DNA of 32,000 bases from Saccharolobus solfataricus (GTDB lineage Archaea > Thermoproteota > Thermoprotei_A > Sulfolobales > Sulfolobaceae), in assembly GCF_900079115.1 (NCBI RefSeq), contig NZ_LT549890.1, forward strand, positions 2,490,001 to 2,522,000. Reading direction: 5' to 3'. Positions 25,225-32,000 of the stretch are shown here, piece by piece (position 1 is the first letter of the stretch; each line of letters opens with the position of its first letter). Under the pieces are notes generated by a model that did not search any database, was not told the DNA's origin, and saw only the letters and a program-made list of their open reading frames with translations. The translations under genes were made by a program, and so were the position numbers.

Positions 25225-25635
25225 CTAAGCCTCCAACTGTATCAAGTTATTATTGGAAGTTTGTATTATTATATTGGTAGTGTTATCGTAGACTTCAATC
25301 ACGTAAACTACTTTCGGATACAATATCTTAATTTGGGTATTCGTATTATTATATATTATAAATTTTACAATAGTATGATTAACGTAAATATTAGTGATAT
25401 TTATCGGTAAATTTCCAATATTTTCAACATAAAAATACGAATGATTATTTATTTGATGGTAATATACTACACTCAAAATTTGGCCACTATCAATATAGTA
25501 ATTTTTAAGTTCTTGATACAAACCATATTGATTTGCGTTAACTATGTGTAGATAGTAGATAGTAACGATTGCAATTGCAATTAATGTAACTAAAATAAGA
25601 AATACTACAGTTATAGCCTCAGAAATACCTCTCAT
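25225..25635 (-). CDS. basA: Pilin-like protein with class III signal peptide
   Basis: The N-terminus MRG/ISEAITVVFLILVTLIAIAIVTIYY matches the archaeal type IV pilin N-terminal pattern (R-G-[ILV]-S-x-x-[ILV]). The protein is 136 aa and is first in the operon. The symbol is tentative. Confidence 0.65.
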   Translation of the reverse strand: MRGISEAITVVFLILVTLIAIAIVTIYYLHIVNANQYGLYQELKNYYIDSGQILSVVYYHQINNHSYFYVENIGNLPINITNIYVNHTIVKFIIYNNTNTQIKILYPKVVYVIEVYDNTTNIIIQTSNNNLIQLEA

Positions 25636-25725
25636 TAACAGTCACTTATAATAAAGTAATGATTTACCTTATTTATAACGATTTCTCAAGGTATTAATAA
25701 AATTAAAATTTTTACTTTCCACAAA

Positions 25726-26496
25726 TTAGCTGATGTCTCTTACCATTAAATAGGTTAAAATTGAAGTATAAGGTATGGCGAATATATTTACTATTGGTAT
25801 TAAGCTAAGTAACGATCCGATTAGTATAACTACTGCCCCGCCAGCATCTACACCAAACGCCCTTGAATACCAGTTTATTGTTTCAGACAAGCTCATTGGT
25901 CTATTTAAGATTGTTGCAGCTGAAACTATATATAGTAAGACTCCAACGAGTCCCATTATTATCCAGCCTAACCCTAGGGATCTGCTTAACCCTAATAGTA
26001 TTCCTAATACTATTAGAATAGCAATTATAGGATATAATCTACTTAAGGTGTTCCTAGCATTTGTAAAAGCGTTATTCAAATTGAGTTGAGCTCCCATAAC
26101 TGCATCTCTAGCCATGTAAGTGGTTGTATGAACTGTTATGCTGAAAATAATCGCATCTACAATCCCTATAATTATACTAAATATTAGAGCTGTAACTGTA
26201 AAGGCTACTGGTGAAATCAAACTTATTCCAGCAGTTATTGCACCGAAAAGCGCTAATAATATAACCTCTATTATTAACATTATTATCGGCGGAAATATAA
26301 TTGAGAGGTTCTTTGTAAGGATATTGAACGAAGTAGATAGCCTATCTGGCTGTAAGGGATTAGGAGACGTAGGTGAAGGTGTTGAGGGAGGGTTCGTAGA
26401 TATTATCGGCTGGTATTGAAGAGGATACCCACATTTACTGCAATAATTCGCGTCATCTGGATTAATATACCCGCACTTCGGACATTGTTTTGGCAT
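25726..26496 (-). CDS. Zinc-ribbon domain membrane protein
   Basis: The N-terminus CPKCGYINPDDANYCSKCG is a CxxC-x11-CxxC zinc ribbon. It is followed by a Pro/Ser/Thr-rich spacer (PPSTPSPTSPNP) and then 5-6 TM helices. Confidence 0.65.
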   Translation of the reverse strand: MPKQCPKCGYINPDDANYCSKCGYPLQYQPIISTNPPSTPSPTSPNPLQPDRLSTSFNILTKNLSIIFPPIIMLIIEVILLALFGAITAGISLISPVAFTVTALIFSIIIGIVDAIIFSITVHTTTYMARDAVMGAQLNLNNAFTNARNTLSRLYPIIAILIVLGILLGLSRSLGLGWIIMGLVGVLLYIVSAATILNRPMSLSETINWYSRAFGVDAGGAVVILIGSLLSLIPIVNIFAIPYTSILTYLMVRDIS

Positions 26497-26540
26497 TTGT
26501 AAGATAATTCTCTTCCCAGTTTATATCAGTTATGCGCCCG

Positions 26541-26577
26541 GCCATTCACCAATCATAATGGCGAAAAATCGCCATTC
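26541..26577. promoter_or_regulatory. Candidate operator: 8-bp-arm palindrome plus a third half-site, just upstream of a TATA-like element
   Basis: AATGGCGA-aaaa-TCGCCATT lies at 26557..26576. An additional GCCATTC copy at 26541..26547 matches GCCATTC at 26571..26577. The element is locally GC-rich within an AT-rich divergent intergenic region. A tataaaaa box follows at about 26587..26594. Confidence 0.35.
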
Positions 26578-26623
26578 TCTTCATCCTATAAAAACTAAAA
26601 ACTTCTTCCTTATATATAATCTT

Positions 26624-26869
26624 GTGAAAATTAAGGATGCGATAAATAGGGTTAGATGGAAATATAAGGAGAAGATTGACGATTACGTCATTGTGATAAA
26701 GGATAAGTTAACTGAGACTGGACTAAAAGAGATCCCCTTTACGGATATTTATACTGTAGATAACAATTATTTGTATCTTAAAGGAGAAGATACTATAATT
26801 CCACTCCATAGGGTACTTATGATTAGGAGAAAAAGTGATGATGCGTTGATTTGGAAACGTGGAGATTAA
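26624..26869 (+). CDS. Small DUF504/UPF0248-like protein
   Basis: The ~81-aa core VKIKDAINRVRW...IPLHRVLMIRR resembles the conserved archaeal UPF0248 family (N-terminal ...L.N...W and the IP.HRI motif). I trimmed the track ORF (26558) to GTG 26624, which lies ~30 nt downstream of a TATA-like box. The start is uncertain. Confidence 0.45.
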   Translation: MKIKDAINRVRWKYKEKIDDYVIVIKDKLTETGLKEIPFTDIYTVDNNYLYLKGEDTIIPLHRVLMIRRKSDDALIWKRGD

Positions 26870-26929
26870 GCTTTTTAACGTCTAATTATTGAATAAAGTT
26901 TTTATTGATCTTTTCATAAACATATATTT

Positions 26930-27181
26930 ATGAGCAGTAGGAAAATTATACCCACTAAGCTACCAGTAATTGGTAATGAAGACATTCTTCCGCTTTTACC
27001 TCGAGTTTCGTTATCAGAATACGACGAGGTCATGTTAAGATGTAAAGCGTGTAATCAAATATTACCAATTTCTAAAGCTCTAAATCACCAATTAATGCAT
27101 AAAGAGAAGGGAGAGGATGCTTGCTTCATAGTTGAGATGAGTAAACCTAAGCACATATGGTACTCTAATGAGATAATTTAA
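26930..27181 (+). CDS. Small protein with a C2H2-like zinc-finger motif
   Basis: CKACNQILPISKALNHQLMH gives C-x2-C-x11-H-x3-H. The protein is 83 aa. Its 3' end overlaps the convergent merR 3' end by 17 nt. No family was recognised and coding status is not proven. Confidence 0.4.
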   Translation: MSSRKIIPTKLPVIGNEDILPLLPRVSLSEYDEVMLRCKACNQILPISKALNHQLMHKEKGEDACFIVEMSKPKHIWYSNEII

Positions 27182-27512
27182 CTTGACCTTTCTCCTCTGC
27201 TAGAACATCACAAGATAAGATAGATTGGCTGTATTTTTTGACATGATTTATGGATAGTTTTATTAGTTCAATTATTTCCGGTGTTGATATTGAATAGTAC
27301 GAAAACTTACCATCCTTTCTAACCTTAACTATTCCGCAATTTCTCAGACAAGCCATATGATGAGATATTAAAGATTGCGATTTCCCCAGCGATTTGCTTA
27401 TTTCATCTACAGTAGCTTGTCCCTTGTCTAATAGAAAGAGCACTATTCTCAATCTCGTCCCATCTGCTAGGGCAGAGAATAGTGATTCCAATTCATTTGT
27501 AAGAGGCTCCAC
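27165..27512 (-). CDS. merR: ArsR/SmtB-family winged-helix regulator, archaeal MerR (aMerR)-like
   Basis: The ArsR-type HTH region is LADGTRLRIVLFLL...ATVDEISKSLGKSQSLISHHMACLRNCGIV. A Cys pair CLRNC and a further C-terminal Cys are present. The gene is divergent from the merH-merA unit with an operator palindrome between them. The start appears to be GTG at 27512. Confidence 0.8.
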   Translation of the reverse strand: MEPLTNELESLFSALADGTRLRIVLFLLDKGQATVDEISKSLGKSQSLISHHMACLRNCGIVKVRKDGKFSYYSISTPEIIELIKLSINHVKKYSQSILSCDVLAEEKGQVKLSH

Positions 27513-27548
27513 ACTTTTATAATGTCAATAGGTGAAAATAAGTCTTTC

Positions 27549-27583
27549 TATGAACATATGTTCATATGAAAGATTTTTATATT
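27549..27583 (+). promoter_or_regulatory. merH promoter with operator: perfect 18-bp palindrome abutting BRE/TATA
   Basis: TATGAACATATGTTCATA at 27549..27566 is a perfect inverted repeat. It is followed by purine-rich gaaaga and the TATA-like tttttatatt at 27574..27583. The merH ATG at 27615 is preceded by aGGTGA. An inverted repeat overlapping the BRE of merHp is the published aMerR binding site in S. solfataricus. Confidence 0.65.
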
Positions 27584-27614
27584 AGTTGATAAGAATCATA
27601 AATAGGTGAACTAG

Positions 27615-27797
27615 ATGGTTAATCTAAGGTTAAATTTGAAACAAGACGAGTTAAAATGCGAGAACTGCGGCGTTAAACTATCCGAAGATGAAATATATGT
27701 AAGGGAAATCAATGGTAAAGAACATTACTTCTGTTGCTCTCATTGTGCCGATAAATATGAGGCAAGATTTAAGGAAGGAGTATCATCGTGTTGCTAG
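27615..27797 (+). CDS. merH: TRASH-domain metallochaperone MerH
   Basis: CENC-x21-CCSHC gives the TRASH pattern C-x2-C-x19-22-C-x3-C, with an additional C-terminal Cys pair SSCC. The protein is 60 aa and lies immediately upstream of merA. Confidence 0.8.
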   Translation: MVNLRLNLKQDELKCENCGVKLSEDEIYVREINGKEHYFCCSHCADKYEARFKEGVSSCC

Positions 27798-27810
27798 AGA
27801 GGGATAGATA

Positions 27811-29172
27811 GTGGAAGATCTGGTGATCATAGGATACGGCGCAGCTGGATTTGCGGCGTTAATTAGGGCAAATGAACTCGGAATAAAGCCAGTGGTTGTA
27901 GGTTATGGAGAAATAGGCGGAACTTGCGTTAATGTAGGATGTGTTCCATCGAAGAGAATGTTGAGAATAGGTGAATTGTACAATTACTCTTCAAAAGTAA
28001 TAGGAAAAAAGTTGTTTCCAGAATTTTTCCAAGCCTTTCAAGACAAGGCTGAAATCGTAAATTCCCTGCGAAAGGAAAAATACGAGGATGTGATAAATTC
28101 ATATGATATCAAATTAAAAATTGGTAAAGCATATTTTACTTCACCTAATGCAGTTAAAGTAAATGGTGAGATAATAGAGGCTAAAAAGTTTATAATAGCC
28201 ACAGGCTCTTCTCCCAATATACCTAACATAAAGGGTTTAACTGAAGTTGGATTTTGGACTAATGTGGAAGCCTTATCACCAGACAAGACAATATCATCCT
28301 TGGCTATTATAGGCGGAAGGGCATTGGCGTTAGAGTTCGCACAAATGTATAAGAGACTAGGAGTTGATACTACAATTCTTCAAAGGAGCGGAAGAATATT
28401 ACCGGATTGGGAGCCTGAAATTTCCCTTTCCGTTAAAAACTATTTAGAGGAGAATGATAGTATTCCAATTTTTACAAATGTGAGAGTTAAGGAGGTTAGA
28501 AAAGGAAACGGGGGAAAGATAATAGTTACTGATAAGGGTGAAGTTGAGGCTGATGAAATTCTGTTAGCTACCGGAAGAAAGCCCAATGTAGATTTAAATT
28601 TAGATGCAGCAGGAATCGAATTAAACGATAAGGGAGGCATAAAAGTTAATGAAGAACTAAGAACCTCAAATCCTAATGTATTTGCCGCAGGAGATGTAAT
28701 TGGCGGTCCTATGTTGGAAGCTCTAGCTGGCAGACAAGGTTCAATTGCGGCAGAGAACGCAATAATGAATGTGCATAGAAAGATTGATATGTTAAGTGTA
28801 CCTCAAGTTGTGTTTATAGAGCCGAATGTAGCTAAAGTTGGTCTCACTGCACTTGAAGCAGTAAAAGAAGGCTATGATATAGACCAAAGGGTAGTAAAAA
28901 TGGATAATATAGCTAAAGCGAGGATATTAAGGGAAAATTACGGATTAATAAAAATGGTTATAGATAAGAAGTTTAGGAACATTTTAGGTGTCCAGATGTT
29001 TGGTAAATACGCAGCTGAAGTGATAAATGAGGCAGCATTAGCACTTAGATTTAGGGCTACAATAGATGACTTGATCGATACAATACATGTCTTTCCCACA
29101 ATGGGAGAAAGTTTAAGAATAGCAGCGTTAGCTTTTACCGGTGACGTTAGTAAAATGAGTTGTTGTGTATAG
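27811..29172 (+). CDS. merA: Mercuric reductase MerA (core enzyme, no N-terminal HMA domain)
   Basis: The FAD motif IIGYGAAG, the redox-active disulfide GGTCVNVGCVPSK, a second dinucleotide fold IIGGRALALEFA and the C-terminal vicinal Cys pair ...KMSCCV typical of MerA are present. The start is GTG 27811. Confidence 0.9.
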   Translation: MEDLVIIGYGAAGFAALIRANELGIKPVVVGYGEIGGTCVNVGCVPSKRMLRIGELYNYSSKVIGKKLFPEFFQAFQDKAEIVNSLRKEKYEDVINSYDIKLKIGKAYFTSPNAVKVNGEIIEAKKFIIATGSSPNIPNIKGLTEVGFWTNVEALSPDKTISSLAIIGGRALALEFAQMYKRLGVDTTILQRSGRILPDWEPEISLSVKNYLEENDSIPIFTNVRVKEVRKGNGGKIIVTDKGEVEADEILLATGRKPNVDLNLDAAGIELNDKGGIKVNEELRTSNPNVFAAGDVIGGPMLEALAGRQGSIAAENAIMNVHRKIDMLSVPQVVFIEPNVAKVGLTALEAVKEGYDIDQRVVKMDNIAKARILRENYGLIKMVIDKKFRNILGVQMFGKYAAEVINEAALALRFRATIDDLIDTIHVFPTMGESLRIAALAFTGDVSKMSCCV

Positions 29173-29312
29173 CTCGATTTCATTTCTTTTTATATAATTA
29201 GTTGTTCTATTGGTTAAGCGATAAAGAAAAATTCTCTGTATAGTAACGCGCTTATTTCTATGAAAGTTATGAAGGTAAAAGTTTAAATACTATAAACAGT
29301 ATAAATACCACT

Positions 29313-29681
29313 ATGCAAGAAGTTAAGAGATTATATGAAGATGAGGAAGTCGAGGAGATAGCACTCCGTATAACTGATGAAGAGATAGAAGTTGTTGACC
29401 GCAGAGGAGTTATTAAGGGGAAAATTTCATCTAAACAACTGGCTAAGAAAGCTTTAGAGAAGAAAACTTTAAAGTTTAGAATTACAGAGGCTATTGACAC
29501 AAAAATTACAAAAGAAGATGAGAAAGCTTTACCAAATTTAATTGAGTTATACTTCGACCCTCATCTGCTAATATATGGAAAAAAGGCTGAAGAAGTAAAA
29601 GGTTCCGGTTACATATGCCCAATATGTGGAATTGAAATAGACGAATATGGCTATTGCGGCTGTGGTACTGGATCAAGTTAA
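29313..29681 (+). CDS. merI: Small Cys-rich protein downstream of merA, candidate MerI
   Basis: The position matches merI in the published merHAI transcript of S. solfataricus. The C-terminal cluster [17 protein letters not shown] has 4 Cys and the N-terminal half is acidic. Assignment is by position only. Confidence 0.45.
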   Translation: MQEVKRLYEDEEVEEIALRITDEEIEVVDRRGVIKGKISSKQLAKKALEKKTLKFRITEAIDTKITKEDEKALPNLIELYFDPHLLIYGKKAEEVKGSGYICPICGIEIDEYGYCGCGTGSS

Positions 29682-29816
29682 TCTATATATTTTTTTCTTA
29701 TACAAAATGATCTATTTCTTTATATATGTCTTTTAAGTTTTCTTGTTATAAAGCACAATTGTTAAACATTGTTAATGATAAATAAAGTTTAAGTTGTAGA
29801 GAGAGAAAAATAATCT

Positions 29817-30218
29817 ATGAAACTTAAAGATGTTTTCAATAATACTAGACCTATAAGAATTGCCCGACATACTAGTCTTTCCGAAGCATTAGAACGTATG
29901 GATAAACAAGGAGTCAAGTTTGCGCTTATAGTTGACGATAGTAAAGGAGAGGAGATCATAGGCATAGTAACTAGAAGTATAATTTTAAGTTCACTTGGGA
30001 AGGGGATCTCACAAAATGAGCCGGTATCAAAGGTTATGATAAAAAACGTTATTACTATAAATGGAGAGGAGGATTTGATAGATACTTTTATGTTTATGAT
30101 GAAGAATAACATCACTCACTTATTAGCAATTAATGAAAACGGGAAAATAATAGGTGTAGTTACCTTGAGAGATGTTCTTTCAGCCATAAATAAGGAATGT
30201 GAAAGAGATATTGATTAG
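29817..30218 (+). CDS. CBS-domain pair protein
   Basis: 133 aa with two CBS-like repeats (...ALERMDKQGVKFALIVDD..GEEIIGIVTRSIIL and ...TFMFMMKNNITHLLAINENGKIIGVVTLRDVL). Confidence 0.75.
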   Translation: MKLKDVFNNTRPIRIARHTSLSEALERMDKQGVKFALIVDDSKGEEIIGIVTRSIILSSLGKGISQNEPVSKVMIKNVITINGEEDLIDTFMFMMKNNITHLLAINENGKIIGVVTLRDVLSAINKECERDID

Positions 30219-31990
30219 AGTAAATATTTACTAAACCATTCTAATTTAGTCTTCAATCTATCTATCATATTCTTAGGCTTCCCTCTTCTAGCGTGTTCAT
30301 GACTATCACCTTGGTATCTTACCAACGTTGTAGGGACTCCTTGCATCTTCAATGCAACATAAAATTGTTCAGCTTGTTCAATTGGGCATCTATAATCTTC
30401 CTCTCCGTGAATTAACATGGTAGGTGTTTTAACGTTTTTCACATAATAAATTGGCGACATTTTCATTAGTTTCTCAATGCCTTCAGTACTCCATGGATCT
30501 GCAATCCCGGATTCAATCGCATTAAACCAAAAACCTATATCACTAGTACCACACATACTAACTAGATTCGATATACTCCTTTCGCTAATTGCAGCCGAAA
30601 ACATACTAGTCTTCGTTACTATCCAATTGGTCATAAAGCCTCCATAAGAACCACCAGTAATACCGAATTTACCTTTTAAACTATACCTTTCCTTAACGGT
30701 ATTCACGAAGTTCATTAGATCTTCGAAATCCTTTCCACCCCAATCCCCCACACAAGCCTTGGCGAATTCCTCCCCATATCCTTGACTGCCTCTAGGATTT
30801 GCATATATTACGTTAAACCCATTATCTACGAAGAACTGGAATTCTATGAAATAACCATAACCATACGCCATATGCGGTCCCCCATGGATGAATAATATTG
30901 TTGGTGCGTTAGGATCTTTAATTATACTCCATCCCTCCACTTCTACTCCGTTAGAGTTTACTGTTATTCTCTCTGGAGTGTATCCTTTGATGTTAGGGTT
31001 CGGATCATATTCTATATCTCTATATTTTAATATTACAGGCTTTTCTGGAGTGGAATAGAAGTAAGCTAGTTCACTATTACTATAATCAAATCCTCTTACC
31101 ATTATATTTCCACTAGTTACCTTATCTACCTTATTATCAGAGATTTGATAAATATGTGACGTACCTCCCTCTTGACCTAAGGAGAGTATTAGATCTTTTT
31201 CGAATACGATCCTATCCTTTACGCCATCAAATAAATCAGTTAACACTTTATTTCCGCAAGTCTTTCCACACATGTAACTCTTTCCTTCTTCTGGTAGCAT
31301 TATTTCGAGAGAAGCCCATGGGGTTAGCCCTTTCCTATGCCCTAAAAACGCTATTTTCCCCTCGCTATTCATAGCTATTGCTTGTACAGTCCCATCCTCC
31401 TTCGTTATTCTGTTTAACTCCCCAGTTTCTATATTTACCTCATACAAATTTCCTAATCCATAATCATCTCCGTCCTTAGTTGCTGAAATTACGACCCTAT
31501 TACCGTTTGTAGCTAAATCTGTAACGTCAAAGTTCCCTGTAACGAGCCTTCTCAGATCCTTACCATCAAATAGGTAAAGTGATTGCCTAGCTCTCAATAA
31601 ACCTCTGCTATCAAACCTATACTTTATCTTCTCGGCTCTAAAAGGTAATGTCTTATCTGTGTTTTCCTCTGCTATCACTAATATTCCCTTATTATGGAAC
31701 TCATATTTGGATATTTTGCCAGAAAATGTAAATATTACTTTAGGCTCGCCATAGAGTTGTGCTTCAAGTAAGGATGATTTAGCCTCTTCGTTTCTTATAA
31801 AGTAAAGCTTATCATTATTGAACTTAGGTGATGATTCATTTCCTTGAAAAGTTATCCTCTTGAGGTTCAAATAAATTGATGATTTGTATTTATCCTCTTC
31901 TATCCATGTCTCTACGTGAAATAGTTTTCCATTCTCTATTGTTATTTCTGGTACTAATTTAATCGAATAGTAGTAGTCTTCTGGTTTCAT
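30215..31990 (-). CDS. S9-family serine peptidase (acylaminoacyl-peptidase / prolyl oligopeptidase-like) with N-terminal beta-propeller
   Basis: The nucleophile elbow is GITGGSYGG. Candidate catalytic Asp lies in HGEEDYRCP and His in GDSHEH. The ~330-aa N-terminal region is beta-rich. The length is 591 aa. Confidence 0.85.
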   Translation of the reverse strand: MKPEDYYYSIKLVPEITIENGKLFHVETWIEEDKYKSSIYLNLKRITFQGNESSPKFNNDKLYFIRNEEAKSSLLEAQLYGEPKVIFTFSGKISKYEFHNKGILVIAEENTDKTLPFRAEKIKYRFDSRGLLRARQSLYLFDGKDLRRLVTGNFDVTDLATNGNRVVISATKDGDDYGLGNLYEVNIETGELNRITKEDGTVQAIAMNSEGKIAFLGHRKGLTPWASLEIMLPEEGKSYMCGKTCGNKVLTDLFDGVKDRIVFEKDLILSLGQEGGTSHIYQISDNKVDKVTSGNIMVRGFDYSNSELAYFYSTPEKPVILKYRDIEYDPNPNIKGYTPERITVNSNGVEVEGWSIIKDPNAPTILFIHGGPHMAYGYGYFIEFQFFVDNGFNVIYANPRGSQGYGEEFAKACVGDWGGKDFEDLMNFVNTVKERYSLKGKFGITGGSYGGFMTNWIVTKTSMFSAAISERSISNLVSMCGTSDIGFWFNAIESGIADPWSTEGIEKLMKMSPIYYVKNVKTPTMLIHGEEDYRCPIEQAEQFYVALKMQGVPTTLVRYQGDSHEHARRGKPKNMIDRLKTKLEWFSKYLL

Positions 31991-32000
31991 AATATTAGTA

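Noticed and set aside
19253-25635. Assignment of the pilus-like locus to the UV-inducible Ups pili, the Aap adhesive pili or the archaellum.
   Set aside because: The gene order does not fit. There is no upsX/aapX-like gene before the ATPase and no FlaG/F/H accessory genes. There are also three pilin-like genes upstream, whereas the Ups and Aap loci have two pilin genes arranged differently. The Bas architecture fits best, but this rests on organisation rather than on an alignment.
29682-29816. The short direct repeat attgttaa (twice within caattgttaaacattgttaatg) upstream of the CBS-domain gene.
   Set aside because: It is only 8 nt long, AT-rich and has no dyad symmetry, so it cannot be distinguished from background in a promoter region.
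137-31374. About 27 short ORFs (60-108 aa) in the supplied track lie antisense to, or out of frame within, larger well-supported genes. Examples: 137..358, 1086..1292, 1552..1734, 2450..2635, 3826..4026, 4974..5165, 5991..6227, 6626..6871, 6875..7093, 10644..10835, 11298..11495, 13142..13393, 18879..19124, 20764..21033, 21664..21867, 23708..23953, 24799..24987, 24926..25228, 25210..25410, 25775..26089, 26138..26419, 28038..28286, 28440..28640, 28938..29183, 29267..29500, 29789..30115 and 31156..31374.
   Set aside because: Each is fully or almost fully embedded in a longer ORF that carries clear family motifs or coherent membrane topology. Their translations are low-complexity with no motifs. 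AT-rich genomes generate such shadow ORFs by chance.
1-32000. A search by eye for tRNA, rRNA, C/D-box sRNA and CRISPR arrays in the non-coding gaps.
   Set aside because: All gaps except 2986..3280 are shorter than about 145 bp. None shows tRNA-like GC-rich stems, paired RUGAUGA/CUGA boxes or regularly spaced repeats. Absence cannot be proven without covariance-model scans.

Overview
AT-rich (roughly 35% GC by eye) archaeal chromosomal segment. The gene content, the TATA-box/leaderless promoter style and a Thr/Ser-linker-anchored binding protein are typical of Sulfolobales (Saccharolobus solfataricus / Sulfolobus islandicus-like). From left to right the window holds: (1) an IS1-family transposase remnant. 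(2) A TAT-exported Rieske [2Fe-2S] protein followed by two tightly coupled 4-TM proteins, with no cytochrome b in view. (3) An SDR oxidoreductase placed tail-to-tail with an enolase-superfamily sugar-acid dehydratase. (4) A Dpp/Opp-type ABC importer: two permeases, a binding protein and two ATPases, laid out in alternating orientation. Its ATPase operon runs directly into a NagA-family deacetylase and is convergent with a GH116-type glycosidase. (5) An M1 aminopeptidase. (6) A type IV pilus-like assembly locus: three class III signal peptide pilin-like genes, a FlaI/VirB11-type ATPase and a FlaJ/TadC-type membrane protein. Its architecture matches the bindosome assembly system (basABC-basEF). 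It is followed by an uncharacterised 512-aa surface protein rich in N-glycosylation sequons. (7) A Zn-ribbon membrane protein, a DUF504-like gene and a small C2H2-like protein. (8) The archaeal mercury-resistance locus (ArsR-type merR, TRASH-domain merH, merA, candidate merI) with a perfect 18-bp operator palindrome next to the merH TATA box. (9) A CBS-domain protein and an S9 acylaminoacyl-peptidase-like hydrolase. I saw no rRNA, tRNA or CRISPR array. The best candidates for new biology are the extra glycoprotein attached to the pilus-like locus, the importer/NagA/GH116 module and the orphan Rieske module. All family calls come from motifs read in the translations. No database search was possible.
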